From: Eledone cirrhosa
Taxonomy: Eukaryota
Assembly (NCBI GenBank): GCA_964016885.1
Contig: OZ024740.1
Span: forward strand, 328,476,001-328,540,000
DNA: 64,000 nucleotides
Reading direction: 5' to 3'
The notes under the pieces are model-generated. The model was not told the origin of the DNA. It did no database searches and saw nothing but the letters and a program-made list of their open reading frames with translations. A program made the position numbers and the translations under genes. Below are positions 30,860-47,427 of the stretch, in pieces (the first letter of the stretch is position 1; each line of letters opens with the position of its first letter).

Positions 30860-32440
30860 TTCCTGGATAATTTTAACTTTGGTAATGGAACGGCGAAGTG
30901 TGATGTCTCGCAGATTCTGTATGGCCTGCGGTAACTTAGGGAGACAGTAGAACTTCGTTTGGCCTTTATTTAAAAATGGGTGCTACGTGGAAAAATTATT
31001 TTAAACAACCTAAAATGGAATAATTAAAAATACATGCGCGAATAGCCTGCAGGATAATATCTCTACAGACATTAGCTTAAAAAAGAAAGGTTCCGAATAC
31101 GAATCCAGTCCGGTACACATACAGGAAATGGGGAGGCTTAGAGATCAAACAGTCGGAAATATTGTTCCATTCTTAAAACTGAGCGTAAAGCCCAAAAATT
31201 AAAATAGTTTTAATAATTCAGATATTTATATGAGTAAATATATAGGTTAAAACTTCTCCGTAAGTTCAAAATGCTTGCGAGAAACTCGATTCTGGCTATA
31301 AATATCTAAACAGTATTTGTGATACGGTGTTGTGCTGGGATCCTCTAGTGAACTAAGGCTGAGATTGATGAGCTAGATAGCAGAACAAGAAGGATGATTA
31401 CCATATATTTAGCATTACGTCCAAAAGCAAGTGTAAATTGGCAGTATATAAAGTACACAGTTGGAGGAAGACCACTGTTAAATTTTACAGATTACTTAAA
31501 GAATGAAAAGCGAGTTATTAATTACTACCTGACAAATAGTAATGAGAGATGTTTACAGAGAGATGTACAGACTGCTGAGGCATACTGTACTACAGTATGC
31601 CTCAGCAAAAATTGGCATAGAAAATGAAAAGGAGAGTAAAGAAAAGTCTAAGAGACGAATCTCTGAGGAGAAAAGAGGAGCGTTATTTCGAAAGCCGTTG
31701 TATGGCAAGATTGAACAACAAACGCCTGAATTAAAGATTGATTGGCCTTAAGGTTTGCTTTCCCACACTGATCTAAAAAGGTGATTGGGGTACAACGAAT
31801 CTCAACCAAGCGTTGGGTACTATATCGGTGACTAAAAAGTAATATAATATTGGTGAAAGTGTGAAGCGCCGTCTGAAATTAATACAGAAAGTGCCACCCA
31901 GATAATGATCGCATGCTCAATAAAGGAGTATAGAAAAAGACATAAGGTGTGTACCCCCACTGGCCAATATGTAAAAGATGTATATCTATCAGCTGTTTCG
32001 TAAGTAGTATCTGCATGTCCCAGAATCTTTCCGTGATTCCAAAGGCAATGCCAAGATACTATGAATATTTAATATCCAAACAGATCGCAGGATTGAACAC
32101 ACCAGACCTGATATTATAGTTATGTTGAGAAATAGGCGTAAATGGCAGCTTTTAGAGGTTACAATTCCAGGAGATCACAACATATATTTAAAAAAAAATT
32201 GAAAATATAAAAAAAAATATGCTGAATTGAAAATCGAATTGCACGTATGTGGTCAATACCACCTAACATCATCAAGATATTTCCAGTTGTCATTGGAGCT
32301 CTGAACTTAATACCACTTACTCTCAGTTCTTGAATAATGTCCCACCACCACCAATTATTAATGTTTCATATCATCCCCACCGCTTATCAAATTTTGCTAA
32401 ATTTTATTGTAAGTGGTTCATATTGATACAGCAGCTGGAG
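30860..32440 (+). mobile_element. Highly decayed Dong/R4-like RLE LINE remnant
   Basis: Fragments GGRPL (~GGRGL), QTDRRIEHTRPDIIV (RLE PD motif) and VIGAL occur in the expected order. Confidence 0.6.
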
Positions 32441-33051
32441 AATCTAATAATGACTATATTTTACATTAAAAAACATTATATATGACAAAAAAAGAACATT
32501 ACAAGTAATCTAATATTTACGAACGTACACCACACAATTACCGATTCCCTCCTCCGTTTATCCCACCCTCGTATAAGAATTTAAGAAACATTTCAAACCC
32601 ACCTGCTTATTCCAACTTCACCCTATTATTTGGAACCCGAAAGTAAAAAGAAAAAGGTATCCTGATCAAATAGATCTCAAATCACAAATTGATCTCCTGT
32701 TGGGTCACTAGACATATACACAGGAAAGTACAGTGTGTCTAAGGTCTTTTGAGATTCAAGAGGCAGTAAAAGGTCCAGTAATTATCATATTTAGTTTGAA
32801 AACCACAGTCTCAGCTATCCTACCACACCATATTAATAGTAATAATAATGTATCTACTTATGGCATAATGCCAGCAATTACCCTAGTGGATTACTGGTGC
32901 TTTATTTTATCGACCCCGTAATGATGAAAGGCAAAGCTAAACTCGGCGGGATTTGAACTCAGAACGTAAAGGGACATAACTCTCTGCTGCAAAGCATGGT
33001 GTCTAACGCTCTACCGATACTGCCAATCCAATAATAATATATGTGCATGAG

Positions 33052-33106
<55 letters not shown>

Positions 33107-33166
33107 ATGTATATATGTATGAGCGTACATACACAGACACACATACACACACATATCATATATACG

Positions 33167-33197
<31 letters not shown>

Positions 33198-33211
33198 ATG
33201 TGTATGTGTGC

Positions 33212-33355
<144 letters not shown>

Positions 33356-34033
33356 GTTTAATGCAAACTACAACACATGCAGAATATCCTAGTAGCAAAT
33401 TGACACCAAACACCAGAGACCAGCTATTCCCTGATTATTGAAAGAAATAGTTATAAAAAATCCGTTGGTAACCAATGAGAAAATGAGATAACAGCGTTCC
33501 CATAGAACCCTGAAACTATAAAATATATGAATGTTTCACTTATTTTTTTAACCCCAAACGGCAAAATATATAGCCAATATATTATTTCATCGAGAAGATA
33601 AAGTCAGAAATTCTTCAACCCCTGTTAAAAATATATTGCTCCACATAAAGGCACAACATTCTAACAAAAAATGCATGAAAAATTATTAATTATAAATATA
33701 ACGCGAAAATAGTAACGTTTTCAATAATACGTGTGCATAAATATCTATTCATAAGAGAGTTGTAGCTGCCCGAACCTTCAAGCTGTAAACAAGCTTATTA
33801 TAACCATAACAAGAATGTATTATTGAAACAGTTACATAAGTCAATTAAAAATGCCTGATAAACTTCTTGAGTGATCCTCATATACACATACAGATTAGTT
33901 GTTGTATATATATATATATATATATGCAAACAGGTAAGGATGTACATGTAATTACAGGTGTATTCCTGGTGCAACTGCATCAGCACTATAGACTTTGATA
34001 CATTTCTTGCTTTGTAAATATTTCCAAACAAGT

Positions 34034-34081
<48 letters not shown>

Positions 34082-34662
34082 CGGATGGTTGTTTATTTGT
34101 TTATTGGCAAACCTCTTTCGTCTCACATTCTGTGACCTCCTTAGTGACTAATTTGTTATTTTGTGTCCCTCCTTTCTTCTGGCCTACACCATTTTGTTTT
34201 TGTGAACTCATCAAACAAGAACAAAACGAAAGAGAGACATAAAATAACAAATTAGTCACTGGGGAAGTGAAACATTGTGTAACGCAAGAATAAAAGAGAC
34301 ACACAAAATAAAAACCCAGTCACTGAGGAGGTCACAGAATTTGTGACGAAAGAGCTTTGACAATATATAAACAACCATCCGGTTATCGAACCAACTAACC
34401 TGATATTTATAATAAATTGAAGTGAAAACCAACAAGTTTATATATGTGTGTGTATGTGTGTGTGTGTGAGTATGTGTGTATGTGTGTGTGTATGTATATA
34501 TAACAATAACCGTAGGTGTGAAACGGAAAAAAAGAAAACAGTGCTCAATCGGGAAGAGAGCAGAAATATATTATTTATTTAATATTTACATTCTACTAAC
34601 CCAAGTATCGAGTACTCTGCTGAATAATGGTCTTACTAGTTTAAAACTGGCATAATCCTGAT

Positions 34663-34810
<148 letters not shown>

Positions 34811-35020
34811 TTACAAGTACGTTTTTTGAATACATTACGGGGTCGATAAAATAAAGTACCAGTAATGCACTGGGTAATTGCTGGCATTGTGCCAACACTA
34901 GAAACAATTATTATGTCCCAACTAGGCAAATTTTTATTCAATTTATCATTAATAATAACTTCGGAAAGTTTTTTACAAATATGCCTAATACTTTCCTCTA
35001 CAATATATATATATATATGC

Positions 35021-35205
<185 letters not shown>

Positions 35206-35258
35206 TATATATGCATTTTTATTGAAAGAATTAAAGAAACAATTTATATATATATATA

Positions 35259-36482
<1,224 letters not shown>

Positions 36483-37789
36483 TTTTTATTGAAAGAATTA
36501 AAGAAACAATTTATCTCTAGGGAGAATCGACGGTCACATGATTCTTAGCTAAGGTAAACCTGATTAATAACTGGGAGCTATAACTTGTACCTATAATTCC
36601 CTTATTCGAATATATGAGAGAGTTTTCGAAGAAATCTTTCCAGTTTCAATCTCTGCTCACTCCCCTCTATCTATCAATTTCCTTTTTAATAGCTCATTCT
36701 ATTTTCTGGTAAAGGAGTGGTGTCCGAAATGTTAAGTCTTTTCTTACTATATTAAGAGTGAAACTAAAATATATCTTCATTGTACTTCATCGTCTGTTGT
36801 GTTTCTTCCGTTTAATTTTCGCATATACACATATGTATATATTTACGCATGTAAAGGTGCGTGGCTGAGTGGTTAGAGAATTGGATTTGCAATCGATTCT
36901 CAGAACGGGTGATACGTTATGTTCTGGAGCAAGTCACTTTATTGTTTCCTCGGTCCGATTTGAGGAGCTCCACCCCCACTCCTTAAGCGAATGATGTATG
37001 GGATCTTGTCGATCGAATGAGTGTATGTGCTTGTGTTTGAGTGAAAGAATAAAAATGTGTGAAGGTTGAAATAATAGATAGCTTTATGTTTCACTGGGTG
37101 TTTTTACTATGAGTATTACGATAAAATATATATACACACATATGTCATTCTTTCAATGTCTCGTAAATAATTTTGTAATATGTTTCGAAATGAAATATCA
37201 GAATTTTAACATGAAATTTTGAAAGAATCATTAAATCGTTGAGAACTATTGGTGAACATGCATCCCATGGATTTACTTTATCAATATTAATTTTAGATGG
37301 ATATTGATTAGGTCCGTTCTTTAAAAACTTTCCAATATTGAAAGTTAAGCTGAAAGTAAAACAAAAAATTTCGATTAATCAGTGTAAATAATACAAAAGA
37401 AAAAAAAAATCATTGAGTTCGATATTACTCAGAAATATTGGTAATGTATTGTCAAATACATCAGTGGCAGTAGAATAGAAATAACCAGGACTATATAAAC
37501 TCTAACCTAACCTGCTTTATCGAAAGTCACATGCATTATCAAAACAGTTGGTGTGCCATCAGTATATATGCCAGCATTGAAAGAATAAAGGTGTTTAATA
37601 AAGAAAGTAATCAAAGAACAGAAGTATTAGATAATGGTTTCTGATTTAAGCACAAGGCCAACAATTTTGTGGGTAGGGGAAAATCGATTAAATCGAACCC
37701 AGTGCATTACTAGTTCTTTATTTTATTGAACCCGTAAGGATGAAAATCAAACCTGACCCAGCAAGATTTAAAATCAGAACGTAAAGCAA

Positions 37790-38010
37790 TCGTCTCTAAC
37801 TGATCCAGCTGGATCCCCAAGCGAGACCAGCCAAACTCATGGATGTTATCCAACCATCTTGCTCGGGGTCTACACATGGGTCTCCTACAACGACTCGCTG
37901 ATCTCCGAACTATGCTCATTACCGAATGCTGAAGCTGGCACATTACTGCACCAGTTCCTGTAATTCTCACACTTAATTCAGCCTCTTGTATTCCATCACT
38001 CATCAACACC
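37790..38010 (-). mobile_element. RTE-like LINE 3' fragment
   Basis: Translation includes RRPMCRPRARWLDNI, typical of the RTE C-terminal (GRP..RW.D.I) motif. Confidence 0.55.
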
Positions 38011-38632
38011 CCAGGATACTTGAACTGCTACACTTCTCAACCAATGTTGTCTGATTTTGTTGTATATATACTCTATGATAATGTTACACCGCTTCTTGTT
38101 GTAAGTGAATGTTTATATGACACAAAAGTTTCATGCTTGTGCGATCGATGTATCAGTTTCAGTAATGAAGTTGATAACTTCATGTTTACATCGAAATTTA
38201 TATATTACATTGGTCATTTGCAGTGTGATCTGTGGTTTATCTCCCTGTGGTTTCGTTTAGATGAAGTTGTTTTTCTTTGATATTTTTGTAGAATATTCTA
38301 ACTATGTATCTGTGGTTGGGTTCAATGCATGTTGTGCTCTGTTTTATGAGATATTTAATTAAGTAAATAACCATAGATTTAGCAACACTATTGTTCCAAA
38401 TGAAGCATAAACCATTAATATGGAAATACAAAAAATTCCTTAAGAAAAATTATCTAAATGGAGCACAGTCGTGTTTTAAGATAACATGTTTGAAATAAAA
38501 GCTGTCCCCTACTTTCTTTCTTTCACATACCTACTTACATACCTACGTACATGCATGTATACATACATATATACATACATACATACACACATACACACAT
38601 ACATACATACATATATATACATACATACATAT

Positions 38633-39552
38633 ATCTCACCCAGAGAAATCGGAAGATCCTATTCAATGTTCAAATAAGATGAAAAAAATTGACCAATTTA
38701 CAGAAAAGGTTGTGCATGGATACTTGAGACGTAAAACACAGACCGTAGAGGGGATAAAGCACTCAAAAAGCCTGGCAGGGAGTTCCGACAAGTTTATGAC
38801 ATCACACCTTGAGGGATATCTCTATGCAATACAGGAACAAGAACTCCCTACCAAATATCTGCTGCACAAAAGGGGAGGGCCTTCAGCTGACAATAAATGT
38901 AGGCTATGTAAAACAAAGATCGAGGATGTAAGCCACATTGTTGCCAGCTGCGAAAGAATGTCATCTCGCTACTACCTCCCCATGAGACACGATGGGATAG
39001 CTAGATAATTTTTGGAACGCACCTCGGAAAACAAAATTAACAACAAACGAGGAAGAATATATTGAGACAGATGGCACTAAGGAATACTGGTGGAACCTGA
39101 AAATAAAAACTGCCACCAAATTAAAGCACAACCGGCCTGATATTGTTGTTTAGGACCACACATTGAAAACGTGTTCTGTTGTGGAGATCAGCTGCCCACT
39201 TTATGTAAACGTTGTCAGAAAAATACAGGAGAAGGAGGACATCTACGGGCCATTGATGAGGAGTTTACAAATCCAGTATCCAAGATACACCTTTAGCTTC
39301 ATACCCATCATTATTGGAGCTACGGGCTATATACCAACTCGCTTGGACCAAAGTATGACTGAACTTGGATTTGCGGACAAAGAGCGCAGCTCCCTAATTC
39401 ATAGTCTACAAATGGCTGCGATAGCTGGCACCTTCAACATTTGCAAAACATTCTTGCGATTCAAGGGATGACAATTTCTTTTCTTTTACAACCTTGCCAC
39501 CAGGAAGGTGGCCGGTCAAACAAATATACTCGAAATTAAGAGAAAGTGATAA
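38633..39552 (+). mobile_element. 5'-truncated copy of the Dong/R4-like LINE (CCHC + RLE region and 3' UTR)
   Basis: Near-identical to ~54073-54992: CRLCKTKIEDVSHIVASC, HNRPDIVV, EISCP. Flanked by TACA/TATG-type microsatellites. Confidence 0.92.
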
Positions 39553-39688
39553 CATACATATATGCATGCATGTATGTATGTATGTATGTATATATGTATG
39601 TATATGCATGCATGTATGTATATATATGTATTTATGTATGTATGTATTTATGTATGTATGTATGAATATATGTATGTATGTATTTATG

Positions 39689-39772
<84 letters not shown>

Positions 39773-40324
39773 CATATACATCCTTTGTCCCTTGTTCCTT
39801 TACCTACAGCAGTATATGTGAAATGTATTAAATTATTTTAAACACATTTGTTTTCTAATCACTTCACAAGGTCTTCATGTTTACCACTTTGGTTGTCTAG
39901 CGATTTTTATTCTGTTTTCTTTTAGATAAATGTGGCAGAGATAAACAAGACAAGAAATTCATCTTGCTGTTATTACAATGGCTGGAATATTCTAGTACGA
40001 TGCTAAAAGTTTGGCAGTAATTCATGACGCTTTGGAAATCTGAGAAGTATTGTTTCCTCATTAAAGTCGCTGTATACGTATATCTTGGTATACGTGATTA
40101 TGTCTCACCATGTGTATTTAAACACGTTTGTTTAGATGCATCATGTATGTATGTATGTATGTATATATGTATGTATGTATGTATATATGTATGTATGTAT
40201 GTTTTTAGGTGCCTGTACAAATAGGTAAATGTAGATATGTCATGCATTCTTGAACATTATATATGTACAGTCACACACGCATACACATACATACACACGC
40301 ACACACACTCGCGCACACACGCAC

Positions 40325-40465
<141 letters not shown>

Positions 40466-43400
40466 TGTGTGCGTGTTTGTGTATGTCAATGTACTTTACA
40501 TGCGTATATCATGATAAGAGATAGTTTAAATTGTAAAATAAAATTTGGTTCCTATCATTGAAGAAATTGAATGAAATTAAATTTTACTGTTTTCCTTTCT
40601 CCTAAGACAATGGAAAAAATAACAAGACACATATTCCTGCATTCGAATCTTTTAAAAAATAAAAGGCAAAAGTGAAACTCGCACGTGGCACATCTTCAGG
40701 TATCATTAATATAGCGTTGGATACCATGCTTCGCAGCATAGAGTTACGTCCCTTTACGTTCTGAGTTCAAATGTCGCCTAGGTTAACTTCGCCTTTCATC
40801 CTTACATGCTCGATAAATAAAGTACGAGTTATGAACTTGGGTCGAATTATCGACTTCCTCTCCCCCCAAAAATGGATGGCCTTGTGACTAGATACGAATC
40901 CCTTATCAATTTATTCCTCCATATGATGGAGAATTGGCAGAGTCGTTTGGGTGTCGGGCACAATACTCGGCACTAATCGTTCTGATTCTTTACGTTCTCA
41001 GTTCAAATTTCGTCGCGGTCAACGTTGCCTTTCGTCCTTCCAAGGGTGATTAAATAAAGTGTCTATCAAGTACTGGAGTCAATACAATCGACTTTCTCAT
41101 ACCCCATATAATTGCTGACTTTGTTTCAAAATTAGAAACTATTATGATTATCATGAAGAGTGTTGGTAGAAAACTTGGCAGCATTCGTTCCGAAATTTTA
41201 CGTACTGATTTCAAATTCCACTTAGTCTTTCGTCCTTCCGGGGGTTGATGAGATAACAATATCGAAAGATTTCATTGGAAGTATGGCTAAAACTATAGAG
41301 CACAGCTTAAAACGTTCCTTTACGTTCCCTGCCAAGAAAATGTAGGTTGGACTATGACATAAGAAGATTCTGTTTACACAGTTGATGTCTAATAGAATAA
41401 TATAAAATAACGTGACAGCCACGTTGAAACTATTTTACTGTGGAAAATTGAAAAATATGAAAGGAAAGTGGAAATTAAAGAAAGTAAAAAATTATCACAT
41501 ATCAATAAAAAAGATATAATAAAGTGAAGATAACATACTTAATGTAATAAATCAAAAAGGTTTTAATGTATTAAAGTTACACCTGCATTGTAGAGGAAAG
41601 TATTAGAAATATTTGTAAAAACTTGAGGGGTCAATTTCCGAAGTTATTATTAATGATAAATTGAATAAAATATTTCGGGGAAATGCCTTCTCTATTCTGT
41701 CCGCCAGAGCCGCTGGGGTAACCAGCATTTGATTATAATAGTGAGAGATGGTGAGAGCGGAAGAGACGGTGGCAGTGACAGTGGGAGTTTCGTTCTATTC
41801 TGTTCGGACCTGGTATATATGTGTATATTTATTTACCACACCACATTCATCTTATCTAACACTTCTCTCTACAATATTGACTTATGAACGCTGTTACATT
41901 GTTCTAAAACAATGCTTGCTTTAAGAACATATAGACCATAGATCACTAAACCCAATATACTGTCAACTCTCCATGGAATCCTTTTTGAATTCTGGAAATT
42001 TATTATCTACTATGCAAATTCAGTTAATTACATAAGAATTTCAATCAATAAAGGAATTCACTTAAGTATAATCGACGCTATTTACCGAACGTTAGAGATA
42101 ACATGATATTTATTTCTTTATTTATTGTTACTTCAGAGTTTCAAGCAGAAACCTAATATCAAACGTCCAACTACTAGAGTGAGATTTAAATATTTCTGGA
42201 AACTTCATCATTTCTCACTTCTTCAAACAAGAAAATACAAAAAAAACAAAAAAACAACAAAAACACTTAAGAATAATAGTTGAAGAAAAGGCAAAGAAAT
42301 AATATGGAGCATGTAATTTTCTCATCAACATTGCTATGTCTTTGCTTTCACTTTGCAATCTTGCTGGCTGGTTGGGTAGGGGCTGCTTGTTGTTTTTAAA
42401 GATTTTATTTGATTTCTACAATTTTGTGTTCCGAATCGTGTAACATTGCACACAAGGCATCTCCGTTTATAATCACTTTCCTTTCTAATACTTTCCCACA
42501 CAGATTGCATTTTACATAGCAGTTATCAACTTGACACTCTAAAATAACGACAAGCTGTATTTAGATTTTTGGTATAACTTGGGTATTGTGTGGAAATTCC
42601 TTTTGGTACTTTCTTCTAGAAGGCGCAGGGTGATGTGTGATGATTAAGAGCGATGGGAGAAAAAAACGTATCCGACCCTACTCTTCGTTTGTGAATGAGA
42701 AAAGAATAAAAAAAGAGAAAGCTTGCTTATAGCGGAAGCGTAGCAAGTGAGAGGCAAGGAGGAACGATGTTTTGCCCAGCGCACATATGAAAGAGCATAA
42801 CATTTCTTTTGGCTTATTATGTTTGTTAATTAATATCTCCCCACTCTCTCCTCCACAGATTGAGAAGATTTATGATCAAAAGCGTTCCATTTGTGGCCAT
42901 CCCATATTTTTTGTATGAGGCACAATGTTATTTAATCAGTCCTTTCTGATTTAAAGTTGACTGTGTGTACTTAAGGGAATTTGGCAGCAATTTCTAGCAC
43001 ATGAAGCAATCGTGTAGAGCTAATTATCATTGCTTATGCTATCTTGGGCAAGACACTTTATTTCACGTTGCTTCTTCTATCTGGAGTTGCGACCGATATA
43101 TAGTACTAGCAAATGGAAAGACCGACGGAAACATTGTTTCCTCGGTCCGATTTGACGAAAGTCGATCGATCCTATGTTAGCAATGATTTAAGCGGGGAAG
43201 TGCCTTAATTTACCATAATTTTTGGTATTTCACTGATCAGTAAGTAGTCTTTTATCCTACTGGGTTCATTATAGTAAACATTACTTGTTGTTTATCCACA
43301 GGTTAGTCTGACCGTCATTGTCTATGATCAAATGCATTCCGGCCATGATCATCCTGTGTTTTATCCAATGTGCCTTTCCTTTTTAAGACTATAAGGTGTT

Positions 43401-45689
43401 ACTATAAAAAATCTGGTTGCTGTTTCCAGCAAGTCAAGCAACCACATAGAGGCTTTCTCTTTCACTCGCAATATACTATCTGGCTCCTTCACCACATAAT
43501 GTTCTGCCATATGGGAGGATGTGGATGTATAAGGTTGGTCATGTAGTGGAGTGTGGTGGGTTAGGAGAGGGGTCCTTCACTACTGAGAGTTTAAACGGTG
43601 GTAGTACTCTTTGGGTGGCCACATTCAGCATGTGAAACCTAATGTTCTCATTCGAAACATTTTATCGTTATACTTCAACCAGATAATATAAGAAACCCCC
43701 TCTGTTTTTCTGCTGTATGTCTGTTGTTATTGCGAATTATCACTTACGTCATGGCAATCAAACAGTGAGCCTCTAGGTGGTACATCACCACTTACGTCAC
43801 GGCCAAAAACTAGGTGGATTCTAGATGCTCCGTCGACCTGCTAAAATAGCAGCCAAAATCCCTCCTTAGAGTCTTAAAAAGTAAAGGACGCATTGTACAA
43901 TGTAGTTTCCAATATGCAAAATACAGTTGCAATGCCTTTAATCATTGGTCTCCTGAATCAGAACTGAATTGGTTTAGACAACAATTAGTTGATAATAGTA
44001 TTCTAGATTCCAGCCATTCTCTTTCGTTCCTCGAACAGTTCTTTATAATATTTTTGTACGTATGTATCTCCAGAACACCCCAACCCCCATATGGGGAATC
44101 TGGTTCGACTCATTGCTCACTAAGATCAAATTCCACCGAGGTGAAGTTTACCTTTCATAATTTTTTTCTAAAGGAAATCACTTTGCTGTAAATCATTATG
44201 TAATATCTCCACATTTTGCCTCGTTTTGTGGCACTTTTTTTCATGGTACTCTCTGTTTGGGTTTTTAGAGGTTGGCAGGCCTGCCTTTGGCATGTTGAAA
44301 ACCGTGAATACTGGAAATTCCTAATGAATTTTGATCATTTTTCAGTTTTCACGGTTTTCAACTGAAAATAGGGAATTCATATACCTTAGATGGGTTACAA
44401 AACAAAATAGGAAGTTGAGGTGAAGTGTAATGAAATTTAATTGAATATTTCGACATTCTCACACTTGAAACAAAATCAAATTCTGTGTAAAAATTTGTAT
44501 TCATAGAATTTCGATTTGAGTTTATATTTCAGTTTCAATTTACTGTTTGATCAATTTGAAATTTTAAACTTGAATCAGAAAAGAAAAGAATAATAAACAT
44601 TTTAAACAAATAAATTGGCATACAAATACTAAAGCGAAAGTAACCAAACTACAAAATTCACAAAACCTCTTATTGATAATTATTTTCCAAGAAAAGAAAT
44701 CTGCTGATGTTTATTAGAGTTCATGAACAAAAAACGGATTTTAAAAAACGAGAATAATGAGGGTAAAAAGGTTAAACTCTACGTCCTTGTTTAGACAGCA
44801 TGTCTCAGCTGGCAAAAGTAAAGCTTTGAAGAACATCTAAAAAACTCATTCACTTTTGGTGGAAGAAAACGATGACATTAATGAATTACTGTAAGATCAC
44901 TTAATTCAACTGACAAAACTCCAAATGGCAACAAATCAAACATGTTCTTTGCAAACTAGAGAAACACGAGGTGGCGCTGCTGTTTCAGAGCGTCTTCCTC
45001 GCCGTGCTCTGGGGTAATGTATTCAACATTCTGTCGACCGGGACCCAGGGGTGGAGGGCAAGTTAGTTGGTGGTGGAAGATACTCGTTCGGACGTCCCTT
45101 CAACAACTAAAGTATAGTTAAAGTTCTTATATTAACAGTGCTTAGGAGAATGTAACTTTGCAACGTTTATCCCTTTCCCACTTTCCAATTGATGGTCGTT
45201 TTCGTTTTTTACTTTCTTTGCGCTCTGGTCATATATTTTGGCGCGTTGTATTTGTGAGGTTCCTAGCAATAGTTAGTTGTATTTGTTATATGTGTTTATA
45301 TTTATGTTTATATTTTCATTCTAAAGGAATTATGAGCAATTAGAAACAATTGTAAATGGATTTTGAGCAAGTTTACTGATAAAAATTAGCGACCGCAGGA
45401 CTTTTATGATTGGTTATATGAAGTCAATCGCAACTAAAGACTTGAAATAAAACTGAAATGAATTGCCATCTTTCGTACAAAAGATTATCACACTCTAAGA
45501 GGTGCATACTCATGCACACGTACACATATATCTCTATATATAATATACACACACATATATATATGTATATATGTGTGTGTGTGATAAAATTATACACACA
45601 CAAACACACACATACATACATATATATATATATGTATAAGTATTAAGTTGTTAAACAATATTCGATGATTATGTCAAAGAATGAGTTTT

Positions 45690-46037
45690 ACAGTAGATTG
45701 GAAGCACTCAACGGAAAATAATTTTCAGGAGTTATTATTAAAATATAAGTATTAATAAAATAGATGTTCTTTTGATCAATTACATTTTATTATACATATT
45801 TCGGGTGTACAACAGTACGTCCTCATCAGACAAAATATAATGATAGATGACATACCCTGAGATGTTAAATGTTTAAGATTTAATGACTACCTTGATTAAA
45901 TCTTAACCATTTAACATCTCAGGGTATGTCATCTATCATATTTTGTCTGATGAGGACGTACTGTTGTACATCCGAAATATGTATAATAAAATGTAATTGA
46001 TCAAAAGAACATCTATTTTATTAATACTTATATTTTA
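45690..46037. repeat. Fold-back (45739-46037) of a PLE terminus with a near-canonical hammerhead in each arm
   Basis: Plus-arm hammerhead 45940-45992: attttgt CTGATGA gga-c-gtac tgtt gtac-a-tcc GAAA tatgta TA ataaaat. Confidence 0.88.
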
Positions 46038-46064
46038 TATATGTATATATATATATATATGAAT

Positions 46065-46740
46065 ATTATAAAGTTACATCTGTATAAATACAGAGTGTGT
46101 AACCAAAACTACACCATCATGTACAATTATATTCAGGTAGCTAATATGTAGGCATGTATACATACCAGAAAATAAGAATTTCACTGTAAATTGAAAAACA
46201 TGATAAACTCTTTTAATCGATTTTTGGATATTAGGCGCTCATCAGAAGGTATGTATATCATCGGTATGTATATCATCGAATCAGCAAAAAAGAAAATATG
46301 TATTTAATGGGTATATATACCCATTCGCTCTTAGAATTATTCTGAAATGGACGTACTAATGTGCATATAATTAGCGCTCGTGTTGGTAATTAAGTAAGAA
46401 GTCCACTAGCAGCCGAATTGTATGAGAGAGCTATATCTGTATAAATGCACTGTGTAATCGAGACTGCACCAACGTGTATAAATATATACACACATCAAAT
46501 ACATGTTTCCTTGTAGTTGATTAAATGATATATACACCTTTTGATGAGGGTCGAATTAGATTAGAAACTCGATTAATCGTGTTTATCATGTTTTCAATTC
46601 ACAGGGAAATTCTTATTTTCTGGCATGTCTACATGCTTTCATATTAGATACCTGTATATATTTATACACATTGGTGCAGTTTCGATTACACACTGTATCT
46701 ATTCAGATATAACTTTATTATAGATTTCGGCTGCTACGCA
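46065..46740. repeat. Older, diverged fold-back of PLE-terminal type with decayed hammerhead motifs
   Basis: ccagaaaataagaatttc (46165) pairs with gaaattcttattttctgg (46606). ctcatcagaagg pairs with ccttttgatgag. Confidence 0.65.
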
Positions 46741-46743
46741 CTT

Positions 46744-46789
<46 letters not shown>

Positions 46790-46844
46790 AGTGAGGTTTT
46801 TTTTAGAAAAGGAAAAAAAAACGAGGTGTCCTACACGAGTTAAA

Positions 46845-47094
46845 GTATAAGGAAAAAAGATGAAATCGAAAATGCAACTGGAGTCTTTTTTTTTTTAAAT
46901 ATTTATTTGGTTCCTTTACCGGTTTCGTAGTTCTTGTTCTTTTCAAAAGTAGAATTGAGATGGAGGGTTTGTGGTTAAACCCTCCATCTCAATTCTACTT
47001 TTGAAAAGCACAAGAACTGCGAAACCGGTAATGGAACGAAATAATTATTTAAAAAAAAAGACTCCAGTTGCATTTTCGATTTCATCTATTTTCC

Positions 47095-47098
<4 letters not shown>
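46845..47098. repeat. Fold-back (~120-bp arms) carrying a U3-A8 variant hammerhead
   Basis: Centre gagatggagggttt-gtggtt-aaaccctccatctc. Plus arm TTGAAAA gca-caagaac-tgc GAAA ccgg TA (47001-47030). Confidence 0.8.
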
Positions 47099-47164
<66 letters not shown>

Positions 47165-47178
47165 GCATGTATGTATGT

Positions 47179-47248
<70 letters not shown>

Positions 47249-47361
47249 GCAAGGACACAGATAAAGGTGGAAGATTGAGTCAGTCTGAATGGAAAGTAGT
47301 CAGACTGAGTCAGAGAGAGGTAGAGTGAAAGGAGGGAGAGAGGGTTGGAGAGAGAGAGACA

Positions 47362-47427
<66 letters not shown>

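Noticed and set aside
41300-45400. Possible host exons or a regulatory region, including a CTCF-like acacgaggtggcgc near 44964
   Set aside because: No convincing ORF or splice structure, and a single motif match is not sufficient evidence.
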